Of a stretch of 58,431 bases of DNA, positions 30,806 through 40,011 are shown piece after piece; position 1 is the first letter of the stretch; each line of letters begins with the position of its first letter. The position numbers and the translations under genes are program-made. Source of the DNA: Gammaproteobacteria bacterium UBA2810 (lineage in GTDB: Bacteria > Pseudomonadota > Gammaproteobacteria > Enterobacterales > Succinivibrionaceae); the NCBI GenBank assembly GCA_002351705.1, contig DEHC01000009.1, positions 1-58,431 of the forward strand, given 5' to 3'. The notes under the pieces are model-generated. The model was not told the DNA's origin, searched no databases, and worked only from the letters and a program-made list of their open reading frames with translations.

Positions 30806-30885
30806 CATACTGACTCTGTGCGGCTGCGTGCCCCCGTCAGTTTCAGCGGCCGCTTATCTCAACAGCTCATAAGGAAAATCAGGAT

Positions 30886-31347
30886 ATGGCAGAAGCAGGC
30901 TCATCTCCGGCAAAAAAGACACCGACTATTGTTGATGCGGTTGAAAAGGCTTTCAGCAAAAACGGCATTGTCCTCGCAGACAGCAAAAAAGACGGTGACA
31001 GCGGCATGTTTGCCATCGGCTTCAGCGGATTTTTCGGAGGCAATCTCAGATATGTTGCCGCAGTGAGCAGCAGATCCGAGGCCGGCTACTCTGACTTTCA
31101 CATCAGGACTGCCGGACTCTTCAATGTCCCCGCGGGGAAGGAAGGGCAGGCAGTTAACCTCTGCAACAGCCTCAACCTCTCGCACGACTACGCGAGGTTT
31201 GCCCTGAGCGGCAGCGAGATTGTGATTTCGGCAGACACGTTTGTCAGCAGGGCGACCGCTCCCGATCTCTCGGTCGGCATGGTCATGATGATGAACGATA
31301 TCTGCAGGCAGGTCTATCCGGAGCTTGCGAGCCAGCTTAAGGCCTGA
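30886..31347 (+). CDS. YbjN-domain (putative sensory-transduction/T3SS-chaperone-like) protein
   Basis: Size about 150 aa and weak YbjN-like pattern. Low certainty. Confidence 0.4.
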   Translation: MAEAGSSPAKKTPTIVDAVEKAFSKNGIVLADSKKDGDSGMFAIGFSGFFGGNLRYVAAVSSRSEAGYSDFHIRTAGLFNVPAGKEGQAVNLCNSLNLSHDYARFALSGSEIVISADTFVSRATAPDLSVGMVMMMNDICRQVYPELASQLKA

Positions 31348-31540
31348 TTCTTCTGTCCGGGGCTCTTTCATGCATGGCCACGTTTTTTTTCAGGACCTCT
31401 GTCGCAGACATTGAGGCGTGAAAATGGCAAAGCAATTCTTCAGTCAATAAACATATGCCTCATATTACTGAGTCAAAAGACAGACTGCACTGCTGCGCCA
31501 TTTCAACTTACACTTTAACTTACTCCTTAACTTACTCCTT

Positions 31541-32149
31541 GTGTACCAGTTCAGAGGTTCCATGAATTCCCTATACGATGTACTGAAAGCCGTCCTGAAA
31601 AAAATAGATCGCAGCAGGGGATGTCCTGAGGCGCAGCAGCGCGGTCATGGCCAGACGGCTGACGGCACAGGAGCAGACCGTCCCGAACATGGTTCTGAAT
31701 CACTTAAATCAGACAGCAGTACTGCGTCTGAGCCTGTCCTTGTCAGGCCTGTTCCGGGCTCTGTTGTCTACTGCGATCTTGCCTTCGGCTTTGCCGAGCA
31801 TTCCGGGATCTATATTGGTGATAATCAGATAGTTGCCCTCGAGCATGACGGCAGGATTGTCTCCCGCTCGCCGGAGGGGTTCATGGAAGGCACCCCCGCG
31901 ACGCGCATCTATGTATCCTGCCGCGCTGGACGTGCTGTCGGAAGCGGGAAAGCTGCCGAAAGGGCTAGAAAGATGATCGGGTCCCGCAGGGACTACAACG
32001 TTCTGAGTGACAACTGCCATCAGTTCTGCGCCGGCTGTCTGCTCGGGAATTTCGAGAATTCCATAAATTTCCTCTCTATGCTGCAGATGGAGTGCAGAAT
32101 GGTTCTCGGAGCAGACTCCTGGGGAGTGTGGGATCTCGGGCATCGCTGA
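31541..32149 (+). CDS. LRAT-like NlpC/P60 superfamily protein (putative acyltransferase/phospholipase)
   Basis: H-box HSGIYIGDNQIVALEH and catalytic Cys motif NVLSDNCHQFCAGC. The alternative start is the ATG at 31562. Confidence 0.55.
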   Translation: MYQFRGSMNSLYDVLKAVLKKIDRSRGCPEAQQRGHGQTADGTGADRPEHGSESLKSDSSTASEPVLVRPVPGSVVYCDLAFGFAEHSGIYIGDNQIVALEHDGRIVSRSPEGFMEGTPATRIYVSCRAGRAVGSGKAAERARKMIGSRRDYNVLSDNCHQFCAGCLLGNFENSINFLSMLQMECRMVLGADSWGVWDLGHR

Positions 32150-32221
32150 CTCGCTCTTCTGCAGGCTGGTCAGCAGCCTGTTATCAGAATTAATCGTATT
32201 TCTTATCTGTGCACTCATTAA

Positions 32222-32275
32222 AATTTGGTGGAAAACGGCAAAATAGTCTGAAAATATTTGGTGGAAAACGGCAGA
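32222..32275. repeat. Two tandem copies of an atttggtggaaaacggca motif (period 34 bp) abutting the start of the truncated ATPase ORF
   Basis: aaatttggtggaaaacggcaaaa...atatttggtggaaaacggcagaaaa, read directly. Confidence 0.5.
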
Positions 32276-32875
32276 AAAGCCGGACAGATTCGGTGGCAGA
32301 CGGCCTCCTTTGAGCCCGTGGCTGTCATCCCCGGAGTGAGGCCCGGGCGTATTGAGCGTCTCATCCGTCTGATGCATGATTCAATGGCAGTTAATGCAGC
32401 TTACAGCTCTGAAGATCCTGGCGCCGGTCTGGCACTCACTAGTAATCCTTCACGCTTCAGGCTGCTTGCCGGTGATACAGGTCTCTTCTCCACGCTTGCA
32501 TTCAGGGATAAGGGAGTGGCGGAAAAACCAATCTACAGCGGAATTTTTAATGACAGGATGAACACCGCTATGGGCTTTGTCTACAAGAACGCCGCAGCAC
32601 AGATGCTGAGGTCATCAGGAAGGAGCCTTTTCTTCCACACAATACCGCACAGCGGCGGTAAGAAGCATTACAGCACGGACTTCATAATTTCTGATTCTGA
32701 CGGCATTTCACCGGTTGAGATGAGAATGTCAGGCTACCGCGCTCATGCCTCTCTCGATGCGTTCTGCCGGAAATTCAGGGGAAGGATCAGGAACCGCTGC
32801 ATCATCTCCGCAAGGGATCTGAGAGAGGAAGACGGCATCATCTTCATTTCTGTATACATGACTATGTTCCTCTGA
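32258..32875 (+). pseudogene. C-terminal fragment of an AAA-ATPase of the AAA_14/DUF4143 type (N-terminal ATPase domain absent)
   Basis: AGDTGLFSTL...GFVYKNAAAQML...FFHTIPHSGGKKHYSTDFIIS resemble the DUF4143 C-terminal region. Only about 70 aa lie upstream of it, with no Walker motifs. AT-rich context. Confidence 0.4.
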
Positions 32876-33109
32876 CGCAGTGAGATCTGGGCGCGCGAGC
32901 GGCCGGAGATGTCCTGCTATGACATCTGCCGCGTCATCATAATTTGATCACGGCACCTCCCGCGGCTATCATATCCGTTAAAGCATGTCATTCGCTGCCG
33001 CGGAAAAGCGGCAGTGCAGGACTGCTTTTTAACAGTGCCGGAGGCCTGAGCCTTCTGGCAGTGAGGCTTCTCCCCGCAGCATGCTGCAAACAGACAGACG
33101 AAAGCTCAT

Positions 33110-36100
33110 ATGACTAACGACAGGCTGAACGTTAAATTTGACTATCCGGAAATCCTCAACTACGCGCTGGTGCAGAGCCAGAAGACGGAGCCTGCATCGC
33201 TTGACATCAGCTCCTCAGAGGAGCTGCGCGATGTTGTCTTCACCGTAAGCGGGGAGGGCATCACGGAGGTCAGGACGCCGGTCAGCATGATTCCTGCGGG
33301 AAACACCGTGACCTTCAGGGACATCAGGATAACGCCTGATGCAGATCGCCTGCGCAAAGCCAGCGAAAGCGCGAGCGGGATGATTAGCCTCACGATCGTG
33401 CAGCACGCCGGGAGTGAGAAGCCAGAGACAGTGTTCAGGGAGGACTATCCGGTAAGGATTCTTGCCTTCAACGAATGGCCCGGCTGTCACGTGCATCCTG
33501 AGCTCATCGCCTCATTCGTCACTCCGAACGCGCCGGAGCTCTCCGCCATACAGGCGAGGGCCGGTGCAATACTCAAAAAGCTCACCGGCGACTCCGCCCT
33601 CGACGGCTACCAGACCCGGGACGCCAACCGCGTGAGGGCACAGGCTGCAGCGGTGTTTGACGCCCTCCGCGAGCAGGGCATCCTCTACTCCGTGCCGCCC
33701 GCGAGCTTTGAGCGCACCGGGCAGCGCATCCGCCTGGCGCCTGATGTGCTGAAGGAAAAGGTCGGCACCTGCGCCGATGCGAGCATCCTGATGGCATCGG
33801 TCTTGGAGTCCGTCGGCCTCCACCCGCTCATAATCACCGTCCCCGGGCATATGTTCATCGGCTGCTGGCTGGTTGACAAGTACAGCGCGCAGCCTGTTAC
33901 TGATGACGCCTCGTTCCTCCGCAGCAGGAGCGGCGACGGCGTCAACGAGCTGGTGCTGGTGAACGCCGTCTGCATCTGCTCTGATTCCGATTACTCGTTC
34001 GAGGACGCCGTTGCCGGCACGAAAAAGTACCTTTCCGATGACGCCGGCGAGACCGTCATCGTGGACGTGAAGCGCTGCCGTCTCGAGAGAGTGCTGCCGC
34101 TTCCCCTTGAGGGCGAGGCTCAGGAGAACGAGGGCGTGAGGCATGAGGCCGTGACAGACGGAGTCGAAAGCCACTACTCCATTGACGAGGATGATCTCAG
34201 CGATGAGAAAGGCAGCGACTACCGCCGCAGGATCTGGGAGCGGAAGCTCCTTGACCTCACACTGCGCAACAACCTCCTCAATATGCGCACCGGCAGGAAG
34301 GTGATGGCATTCATGCCCGGGAACGCCGGAAGGGTGGAGGACATCCTGCAGGCCGGCAGGGATCTCTCCATCCAGCCGAACCCGGAAAGCGGCAGCGATG
34401 AGCTTATCAGCGAAGGGCTGAAGCGCGGCAGCGTCTACTCGGAGCTCAAGGCGGAGGATCTGCAGCCCGAGCTCACCCATCTCTACCGCGAGAGCCGCAA
34501 CTCGCTGGACGAGAACGGCGCCAACACGCTCTTCATCGTGTTCGGCACGCTCAGGTGGTTTGAGACAGAGAAGAGCGTTGTGGCCCGCGAGGCCCCGCTC
34601 CTCCTCTTCCCCGTGCAGCTCATAAGGAAATCCGCCGGCACCTTTGTCCTCCGCGGGCGCGACGAGGACATGAACGTAAACACCACGCTCCTAGAGTACC
34701 TCCGGACCCAGTTCGGCGTGACCGTCAAGGGGCTCGGGGAGCTCCCGGCGGACGAGAGCGGCTATGACATCGACAGGATCCTCGCCACCATCCGCGCGCA
34801 GATCGCGGGACGCCCGCGCTGGGAGGTCAGGGACCGCTGCCTCCTCGGCCTTTTCTCGTTCAGCAAGTTCGTGATGTGGAACGACATCCACGAGAACTTC
34901 AGCCTCATCGCGAAAAACCCGATCATTGACGCGCTCGTTGCAAGGCGCACGCTCGGAGACGGCGGAAAGGAAGTTGACATCAGGAGCATTGATGAGCATG
35001 AGGAGCCCGGGGAGCTCTGCGTCCCGATAGAGGCCGACTCGTCGCAGCTCAGTGCAGTCGCCATGGCGGACGGCGGGCGCAGCTTCATCATGTACGGGCC
35101 TCCGGGCACCGGCAAGAGCCAGACCATCACGAACATCATCGCGAACGCGCTCTGCCATGACAAAAGGGTGCTCTTTGTCGCAGAGAAGGCAGCTGCCCTT
35201 GAGGTGGTGCAGAAGAGGCTTGAGCGCATCGGCATAGGCGCGTTCTGCCTTGAGCTCCACTCGAACAAGGCGACGCGCAGCCATATGCTCGGTCAGCTCC
35301 AGGAGGCGCTTGATGCCGGTCACCCGGCGGAGCCTGCAGAGTTTGAGGAGAAGTCAAGGGAGCTCTTTGAGGAGAGGCAGCACCTCCAGAAGTATATTGA
35401 CGCGCTGCACGCCAGGGGAAGCCGGGGACTCTCCGTGCATGACTGCATTGAGGGATACGAGCTGAGAGCTGGCAGCCCGCTCGGCATTGACCGTGCGTGC
35501 ATCACGGATTCGATGACGAAGGATGACATCACCGCGCTTGCGGGGAAGGTGAGCGGCCTTGAGTCGGTCTTCAGCGTTTCGGGCAATCCTGCGGACCATC
35601 CGCTGAGCGGTCTCATCGTGAAGGAGGAGTCCCTCTCTGCCTCTCAGAAGCTCAGCGAGGGACTCTCGAGGATATCAGGACCGCTCCCGGGCGCGGTTAA
35701 TGCTCTCGTAAGGTATGAGGAGCTCCTTCACCGTGAGGGCAGGGCCGCTTTTTCGGATCTTGAGGAGGCCTGCGTGAGCATCGGCACCTGGGAAAGCGCC
35801 GAGGATGAGAAGAGGAAGCTCCTCGCGACCTGGGCCCCGGAGGCTCTGGATCTGCAGCCGCTTGCGCTGAAGCAGGAGTGGGAGGGAGCAAAGGATTCCT
35901 TCATCCTGTTCAGGTATTTCAAAAAGAAATCGTTCATCAAAAAGACCCGGATCTACAACATGTCGCTCACCGCGGAGAATGCCGACGGCGAGATTGACGC
36001 GCTCCTCTCCTACAGCCGCATGAGGCGCGATATGCCGGAAGGCGCCGTGCGCGCGGGAGAGCTTTCGGCTGACGATAGGAATACCCTGAAGTCACTGCAG

Positions 36101-38269
36101 GAGGCCCTGCATGCCATGTCAGGCGTTGCGGAGATTGAGCTGCCGTCACTGAAGGACGCAGAGGCGAGGATGCAGTCCTGGCTCGGCAGCACGGGGAAGG
36201 CCCGCGACTGGGCCTACTGGTGCAGGGCGAGGAAGGAGCTCATGGATCTTCACATGGAGCCGGTCCTTAACGCTGTCATCGCGGACGGAGTCCCTCCCCG
36301 CGAGGCAGCAGAGCGGTTCCTCAGGGCCGTCTACCGCAATCTCGCCTCCGGGATGATCGACGCGGCGCCGGAGCTCAGGGAGTTCCGCGGACCGGTATTC
36401 GAGGAGAGCATCCGGAAGTACCGGAGCCTTGCGGAGGAGTTCAGGCTCCTCTCGCAGAAGGAGCTCTTCTGCCGTCTTGCAGCCAGGATCCCACAGAGGC
36501 TCAGCGAGCCGAGCGCCCAGTCCGAGATGGGGAAGCTCAGGCGCTACATTGCCTCAAAGGGCCGCGGCATGACCATCCGCCGCATCTTCGACGAGGTGCC
36601 CAACCTCATCAGCAGGCTCTGCCCCTGCATGCTGATGAGCCCGATTTCCGTGGCGCAGTTCCTGAGCCTTGAGCGGGAGCCCTTCGATCTCGTCATCTTC
36701 GATGAGGCGTCGCAGATGCCGACCTCCGAGGCGGTCGGCACCATTGCCCGCGGCAGGGCGCTTGTCGTGGCGGGGGACCCGAAGCAGATGCCGCCCACCA
36801 GCTTCTTCTCGTCTGACACCACGGACGAGAGCGAGTCTGACTATGACGACATGGAGAGCATCCTCGACGACTGCCGCACGCTCTCGATGGATGCGGCGCC
36901 CCTGCAGTGGCATTACCGCTCGAGGAGCGAGAGCCTCATTGCCTTCTCGAACCTCGAGTACTACGGAGGGAGCCTTTACACTTTCCCCTCGGTGAGGGAC
37001 CGTGTCTCGATGGTGCGCTACGTGCCGGTCGAGGGAACCTACGATTTCGGGCGGACAAGGAGCAACCGGGCCGAGGCTGACGCCATTGCGGACGAGGTCA
37101 TCCGCCGCTGGCGCGATCCGGTCCTCAGGAAGGACTCCATCGGCATCATCGCCTTCAGCAAGGCGCAGCAGAACCTCATTGACGACGTGCTCACGGAGCG
37201 CATCGCGGGCGATCCGGAGCTTGAGGCGATGGCATCGCAGGAGAACGAGGGGCTCTTCGTCAAGAACCTCGAGAACGTGCAGGGCGACGAGCGCGATGTC
37301 ATCCTCTTCTCCGTAGGCTACGGCCCTGACAGCCGGGGAAGGGTGTCGATGAACTTCGGGCCCCTCAACGGGAAGGGCGGCGAGAGGCGCCTCAACGTTG
37401 CGGTGAGCCGCGCGAGAAAGGAGATGGTGGTGTTCGCCATCCTGAGGCCCGAGCAGATAGACCTCACGAGGAGCAGCTCCCGCGGGGTCGAGGGCCTCAG
37501 GAGGTTCCTTGAGTTCGCGCGGAGCGGGCAGATTGCGCTCTCCGGCAGCCAGCTCGGGATTCATGCTGATAACGGCATTGCCGCTGCAGTGGCGGACGAG
37601 ATCCGCCGCATGGGCTACGCTGTGGACACCTCGGTCGGCCGCAGCAATTTCAGGGTGGACATCGCGGTGTCAGATCCGAAGGACCGCGACCGCTATATCC
37701 TCGGCATCCTCTGCGACGGCGAGGGCTACTACCGCACGAAGACCGAGCGCGACAGGGAAATTGTCCAGCCCTCGGTCCTCCGCGGCCTCGGCTGGCGGCT
37801 CATCCGTGTCTGGTCAGTTGACTGGTTCGTAAACAAGGAGAAGGAGCTCTCGCGGATCAGGGAGGCGCTCAGGGAGGCTGAGAGAGCGGGCGGTATGCCT
37901 GAGGAGCCCGCCGGGAAGACTGAGCCACTGCCGGCATCTCAGGAGACAGACCCGTCTCAGGAGGCTCCTGCCGCCGCGTCTCATGAAGGGAGCGGTGACA
38001 CAGGGAGCGCTCCGGCAGCTCCCGACTTCCGCCGCGCGCCGGGGCAGGGCATTGATGATATCCCCTCGGGGCAGATCGATGATGCCATCCTATTTGTCGT
38101 CTCGCAGTCAGTGTCGCTTCCTGAGCAGGATCTCAGGAAGAGCGCGGCGAAGGCTCTCGGGTTCGCGAGGACCGGCGCCCACATCGACCAGGTTCTCTCC
38201 GCCCATATCGGAGGCCTGGTGTGCGGAGGGAGGCTCCGGAGGCAGGACGAGAGCATCACCATGCCGTAG
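33110..38269 (+). CDS. 1719-aa multidomain protein: transglutaminase-like cysteine protease domain + DUF4011 + Upf1-like superfamily-1 helicase (AAA_11/AAA_12) + DUF559/REase-like PD-(D/E)xK nuclease + DUF3320
   Basis: TGase core VGTCADASILMASVLESVGLHPLIITVPGHMFIGCW (about 33760). DUF4011 hallmark RRRIWERKLLDLTLRNNLLNMR (about 34230). Walker A IMYGPPGTGKSQT (about 35090). Motif II VIFDEASQM (about 36700). GDPKQMPP, HYRSRSESLIAF, LNVAVSRARKEMVVF. Nuclease-like NFRVDIAVSDP...ILCDGEGYY...GWRLIRVWSVDW (37620-37830). Confidence 0.85.
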   Translation: MTNDRLNVKFDYPEILNYALVQSQKTEPASLDISSSEELRDVVFTVSGEGITEVRTPVSMIPAGNTVTFRDIRITPDADRLRKASESASGMISLTIVQHAGSEKPETVFREDYPVRILAFNEWPGCHVHPELIASFVTPNAPELSAIQARAGAILKKLTGDSALDGYQTRDANRVRAQAAAVFDALREQGILYSVPPASFERTGQRIRLAPDVLKEKVGTCADASILMASVLESVGLHPLIITVPGHMFIGCWLVDKYSAQPVTDDASFLRSRSGDGVNELVLVNAVCICSDSDYSFEDAVAGTKKYLSDDAGETVIVDVKRCRLERVLPLPLEGEAQENEGVRHEAVTDGVESHYSIDEDDLSDEKGSDYRRRIWERKLLDLTLRNNLLNMRTGRKVMAFMPGNAGRVEDILQAGRDLSIQPNPESGSDELISEGLKRGSVYSELKAEDLQPELTHLYRESRNSLDENGANTLFIVFGTLRWFETEKSVVAREAPLLLFPVQLIRKSAGTFVLRGRDEDMNVNTTLLEYLRTQFGVTVKGLGELPADESGYDIDRILATIRAQIAGRPRWEVRDRCLLGLFSFSKFVMWNDIHENFSLIAKNPIIDALVARRTLGDGGKEVDIRSIDEHEEPGELCVPIEADSSQLSAVAMADGGRSFIMYGPPGTGKSQTITNIIANALCHDKRVLFVAEKAAALEVVQKRLERIGIGAFCLELHSNKATRSHMLGQLQEALDAGHPAEPAEFEEKSRELFEERQHLQKYIDALHARGSRGLSVHDCIEGYELRAGSPLGIDRACITDSMTKDDITALAGKVSGLESVFSVSGNPADHPLSGLIVKEESLSASQKLSEGLSRISGPLPGAVNALVRYEELLHREGRAAFSDLEEACVSIGTWESAEDEKRKLLATWAPEALDLQPLALKQEWEGAKDSFILFRYFKKKSFIKKTRIYNMSLTAENADGEIDALLSYSRMRRDMPEGAVRAGELSADDRNTLKSLQEALHAMSGVAEIELPSLKDAEARMQSWLGSTGKARDWAYWCRARKELMDLHMEPVLNAVIADGVPPREAAERFLRAVYRNLASGMIDAAPELREFRGPVFEESIRKYRSLAEEFRLLSQKELFCRLAARIPQRLSEPSAQSEMGKLRRYIASKGRGMTIRRIFDEVPNLISRLCPCMLMSPISVAQFLSLEREPFDLVIFDEASQMPTSEAVGTIARGRALVVAGDPKQMPPTSFFSSDTTDESESDYDDMESILDDCRTLSMDAAPLQWHYRSRSESLIAFSNLEYYGGSLYTFPSVRDRVSMVRYVPVEGTYDFGRTRSNRAEADAIADEVIRRWRDPVLRKDSIGIIAFSKAQQNLIDDVLTERIAGDPELEAMASQENEGLFVKNLENVQGDERDVILFSVGYGPDSRGRVSMNFGPLNGKGGERRLNVAVSRARKEMVVFAILRPEQIDLTRSSSRGVEGLRRFLEFARSGQIALSGSQLGIHADNGIAAAVADEIRRMGYAVDTSVGRSNFRVDIAVSDPKDRDRYILGILCDGEGYYRTKTERDREIVQPSVLRGLGWRLIRVWSVDWFVNKEKELSRIREALREAERAGGMPEEPAGKTEPLPASQETDPSQEAPAAASHEGSGDTGSAPAAPDFRRAPGQGIDDIPSGQIDDAILFVVSQSVSLPEQDLRKSAAKALGFARTGAHIDQVLSAHIGGLVCGGRLRRQDESITMP

Positions 38270-38854
38270 CCGCTCACGGCGGGTTTCCTTATCTGTAGGA
38301 AATCTGCCATCTGACATGTGCGATATATGCTCAAAATCATTTGGGGCTTTCATGATTATTGTGTGGGAGCCCGCGGGGGATCTTCTCATAAGCAGTTGAT
38401 TCAGAAGGGGTATTTCCCTCGGGGCCCCTTTTCCCGGAAATGCGTATATTTTCTGCGCATTGCATTCAGCGTGGTTTCCCTTAGAATTACGGCGCCGGTA
38501 TTATTGGTCATTGACTGACCGGGCGGCACCGACGCCGCCGCGATTCCCAGGACGGGATTCAGGAGCATGATGCCCCGTGCCGGTTGCTTTTTGGCGATTG
38601 TCTTCATCTTTTTGCCCCGCAGGGGGCTATTTCCCCGCCTTTTCACGAGCCCGGTTCCTTTTCCGCTAACGGACCTTTGCATCAGGCTCTCTTCTGCCCT
38701 TCCGGACGATCTTGCCTCCTTCTGCCATTTTCCCGGGATGTGACGTTTTTTCATTCAGCATCAATTGAATTGTCGGATAATGGTGCATATTATTTAAAAG
38801 GGGACGTTCAGCAATCCGCCCTTTTTCAGCGCCTTCAATCCGTGGAGAAATCAA

Positions 38855-39919
38855 ATGGGATTCTTTTCATCATTCATCAAGCCGCAGCTGCCCGACGTAG
38901 TCGAATGGGATCAGATTGATCCGAAGCTGATTTTCTGGAGATGGCCTCATCAGGAAATCAAGAAGGGATCAAAGCTCATCATCCGTCCGGGACAGGACGC
39001 AGTGTTCCTTTTCAACGGCCAGATCGAGGGCGTGTTCACCAAGGACGGCAAGTACGATATTGACTCCGAGATTATCCCGTTCCTCTCGACCCTGAAGGGC
39101 TTCATGTACGGCTTTGACTCCGCGATGAGAGCCGAGGTCCTCTTTGTCAACACCAAGCAGCAGAGCGAGAGATGGGGCACCCAGACCCCTATAATGCTCT
39201 CCTGCCCGGGGCTCCCCGGCGGCCTTCCGGTAAGGGCGTTCGGCAACTTCGTGGTCAGGCCCGGCGACTATCCGCTCCTCATCGAGAACATCGCGGGAGT
39301 CTCGGAGCAGTTCTCCGTGGAGGATGTGAGGGAGCGTATGCGCATGAGCCTTGCACCGCTCCTCATCGAGGCTGTGTCAAAGAGCGGCCAGAACGTGCTT
39401 GATCTGCAGGGCCATGTCTCCGAGCTCGGCGCGATGGTCGGCAAGGCCATGAACGAGCAGATGATGAAGATCGGCCTCAATATCGTCGAGTTCAATATCG
39501 CCAGCTTCTCCTATCCTGATGAGGTCAGGAGGATGCAGGAGAAGGCCGCAGGGCAGGCCATGGTCGGCGATCTCGGCAGGTACCAGGGCATCGCCGTCGC
39601 TGACGGCTTCTCGAATCCCGGTTCCCCTGCCGGCATGACGGCTGCCGCCATGATGGGCATGAACATGGGCGCCGGGATGGGCATGGGCTTCGGCGGTATG
39701 TACGGCGGCGCTGCAGGGGCTGCCGGCGCGGCCGGTGCCTCGCAGCGGCAGAACGCTGCCCCCGGGACCGGAGTGCAGCCTGCGGGGGCTGCCGGCGCCC
39801 AGGGCGGCGCGCAGTCCTCCGGGCCCCAGGGCGGCAGCGGCCCCAATTTCTGTCCGAACTGCGGCGCGAAGGTGAGCGGCTCCAAATTCTGCCCCAACTG
39901 CGGAGCGAAGCTCGTCTGA
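38855..39919 (+). CDS. SPFH/Band-7 (Band_7_1-like) domain protein with Gly/Ala/Met-rich linker and C-terminal double zinc ribbon
   Basis: GFFSSFIKPQLPDVVEWDQ...LIIRPGQDAVFLFNGQIEGVF N-terminus typical of the SPFH Band_7_1 family. C-terminal FCPNCGAKVSGSKFCPNCGAKLV. GGAG SD. Confidence 0.7.
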   Translation: MGFFSSFIKPQLPDVVEWDQIDPKLIFWRWPHQEIKKGSKLIIRPGQDAVFLFNGQIEGVFTKDGKYDIDSEIIPFLSTLKGFMYGFDSAMRAEVLFVNTKQQSERWGTQTPIMLSCPGLPGGLPVRAFGNFVVRPGDYPLLIENIAGVSEQFSVEDVRERMRMSLAPLLIEAVSKSGQNVLDLQGHVSELGAMVGKAMNEQMMKIGLNIVEFNIASFSYPDEVRRMQEKAAGQAMVGDLGRYQGIAVADGFSNPGSPAGMTAAAMMGMNMGAGMGMGFGGMYGGAAGAAGAAGASQRQNAAPGTGVQPAGAAGAQGGAQSSGPQGGSGPNFCPNCGAKVSGSKFCPNCGAKLV

Positions 39920-39957
39920 GCATGATTCAGGATTAAGATCCGGAAGGTCAGAGCAGA

Positions 39958-39984
39958 AAGGCCGGCTCACTTTGAGCCGGCCTT
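39958..39984. terminator. Perfect 12-bp hairpin between convergent genes
   Basis: aaggccggctca-ctt-tgagccggcctt. Lies between the SPFH gene stop (39919) and the DUF445 gene stop (40012). Confidence 0.5.
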
Positions 39985-40011
39985 AGTGCATCCGGGAACT
40001 GGCACTTCTCC

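Noticed and set aside
30164-30808. 214-aa minus-strand ORF
   Set aside because: It is fully antisense to the flavin-reductase-like gene, which has the better domain match. No supporting motifs.
32222-32275. Possible CRISPR-like or IS-end repeats
   Set aside because: Only two copies of a 19-mer are present. There are no spacers, no cas genes and no terminal inverted repeats. Recorded simply as a direct repeat.
38401-38754. 117-aa minus-strand ORF (also 38318-38518 + and 38584-38919 +) in the gap before the SPFH gene
   Set aside because: The three ORFs overlap one another. The sequence is basic and repetitive, with no SD and unlike host codon usage. Treated as non-coding.
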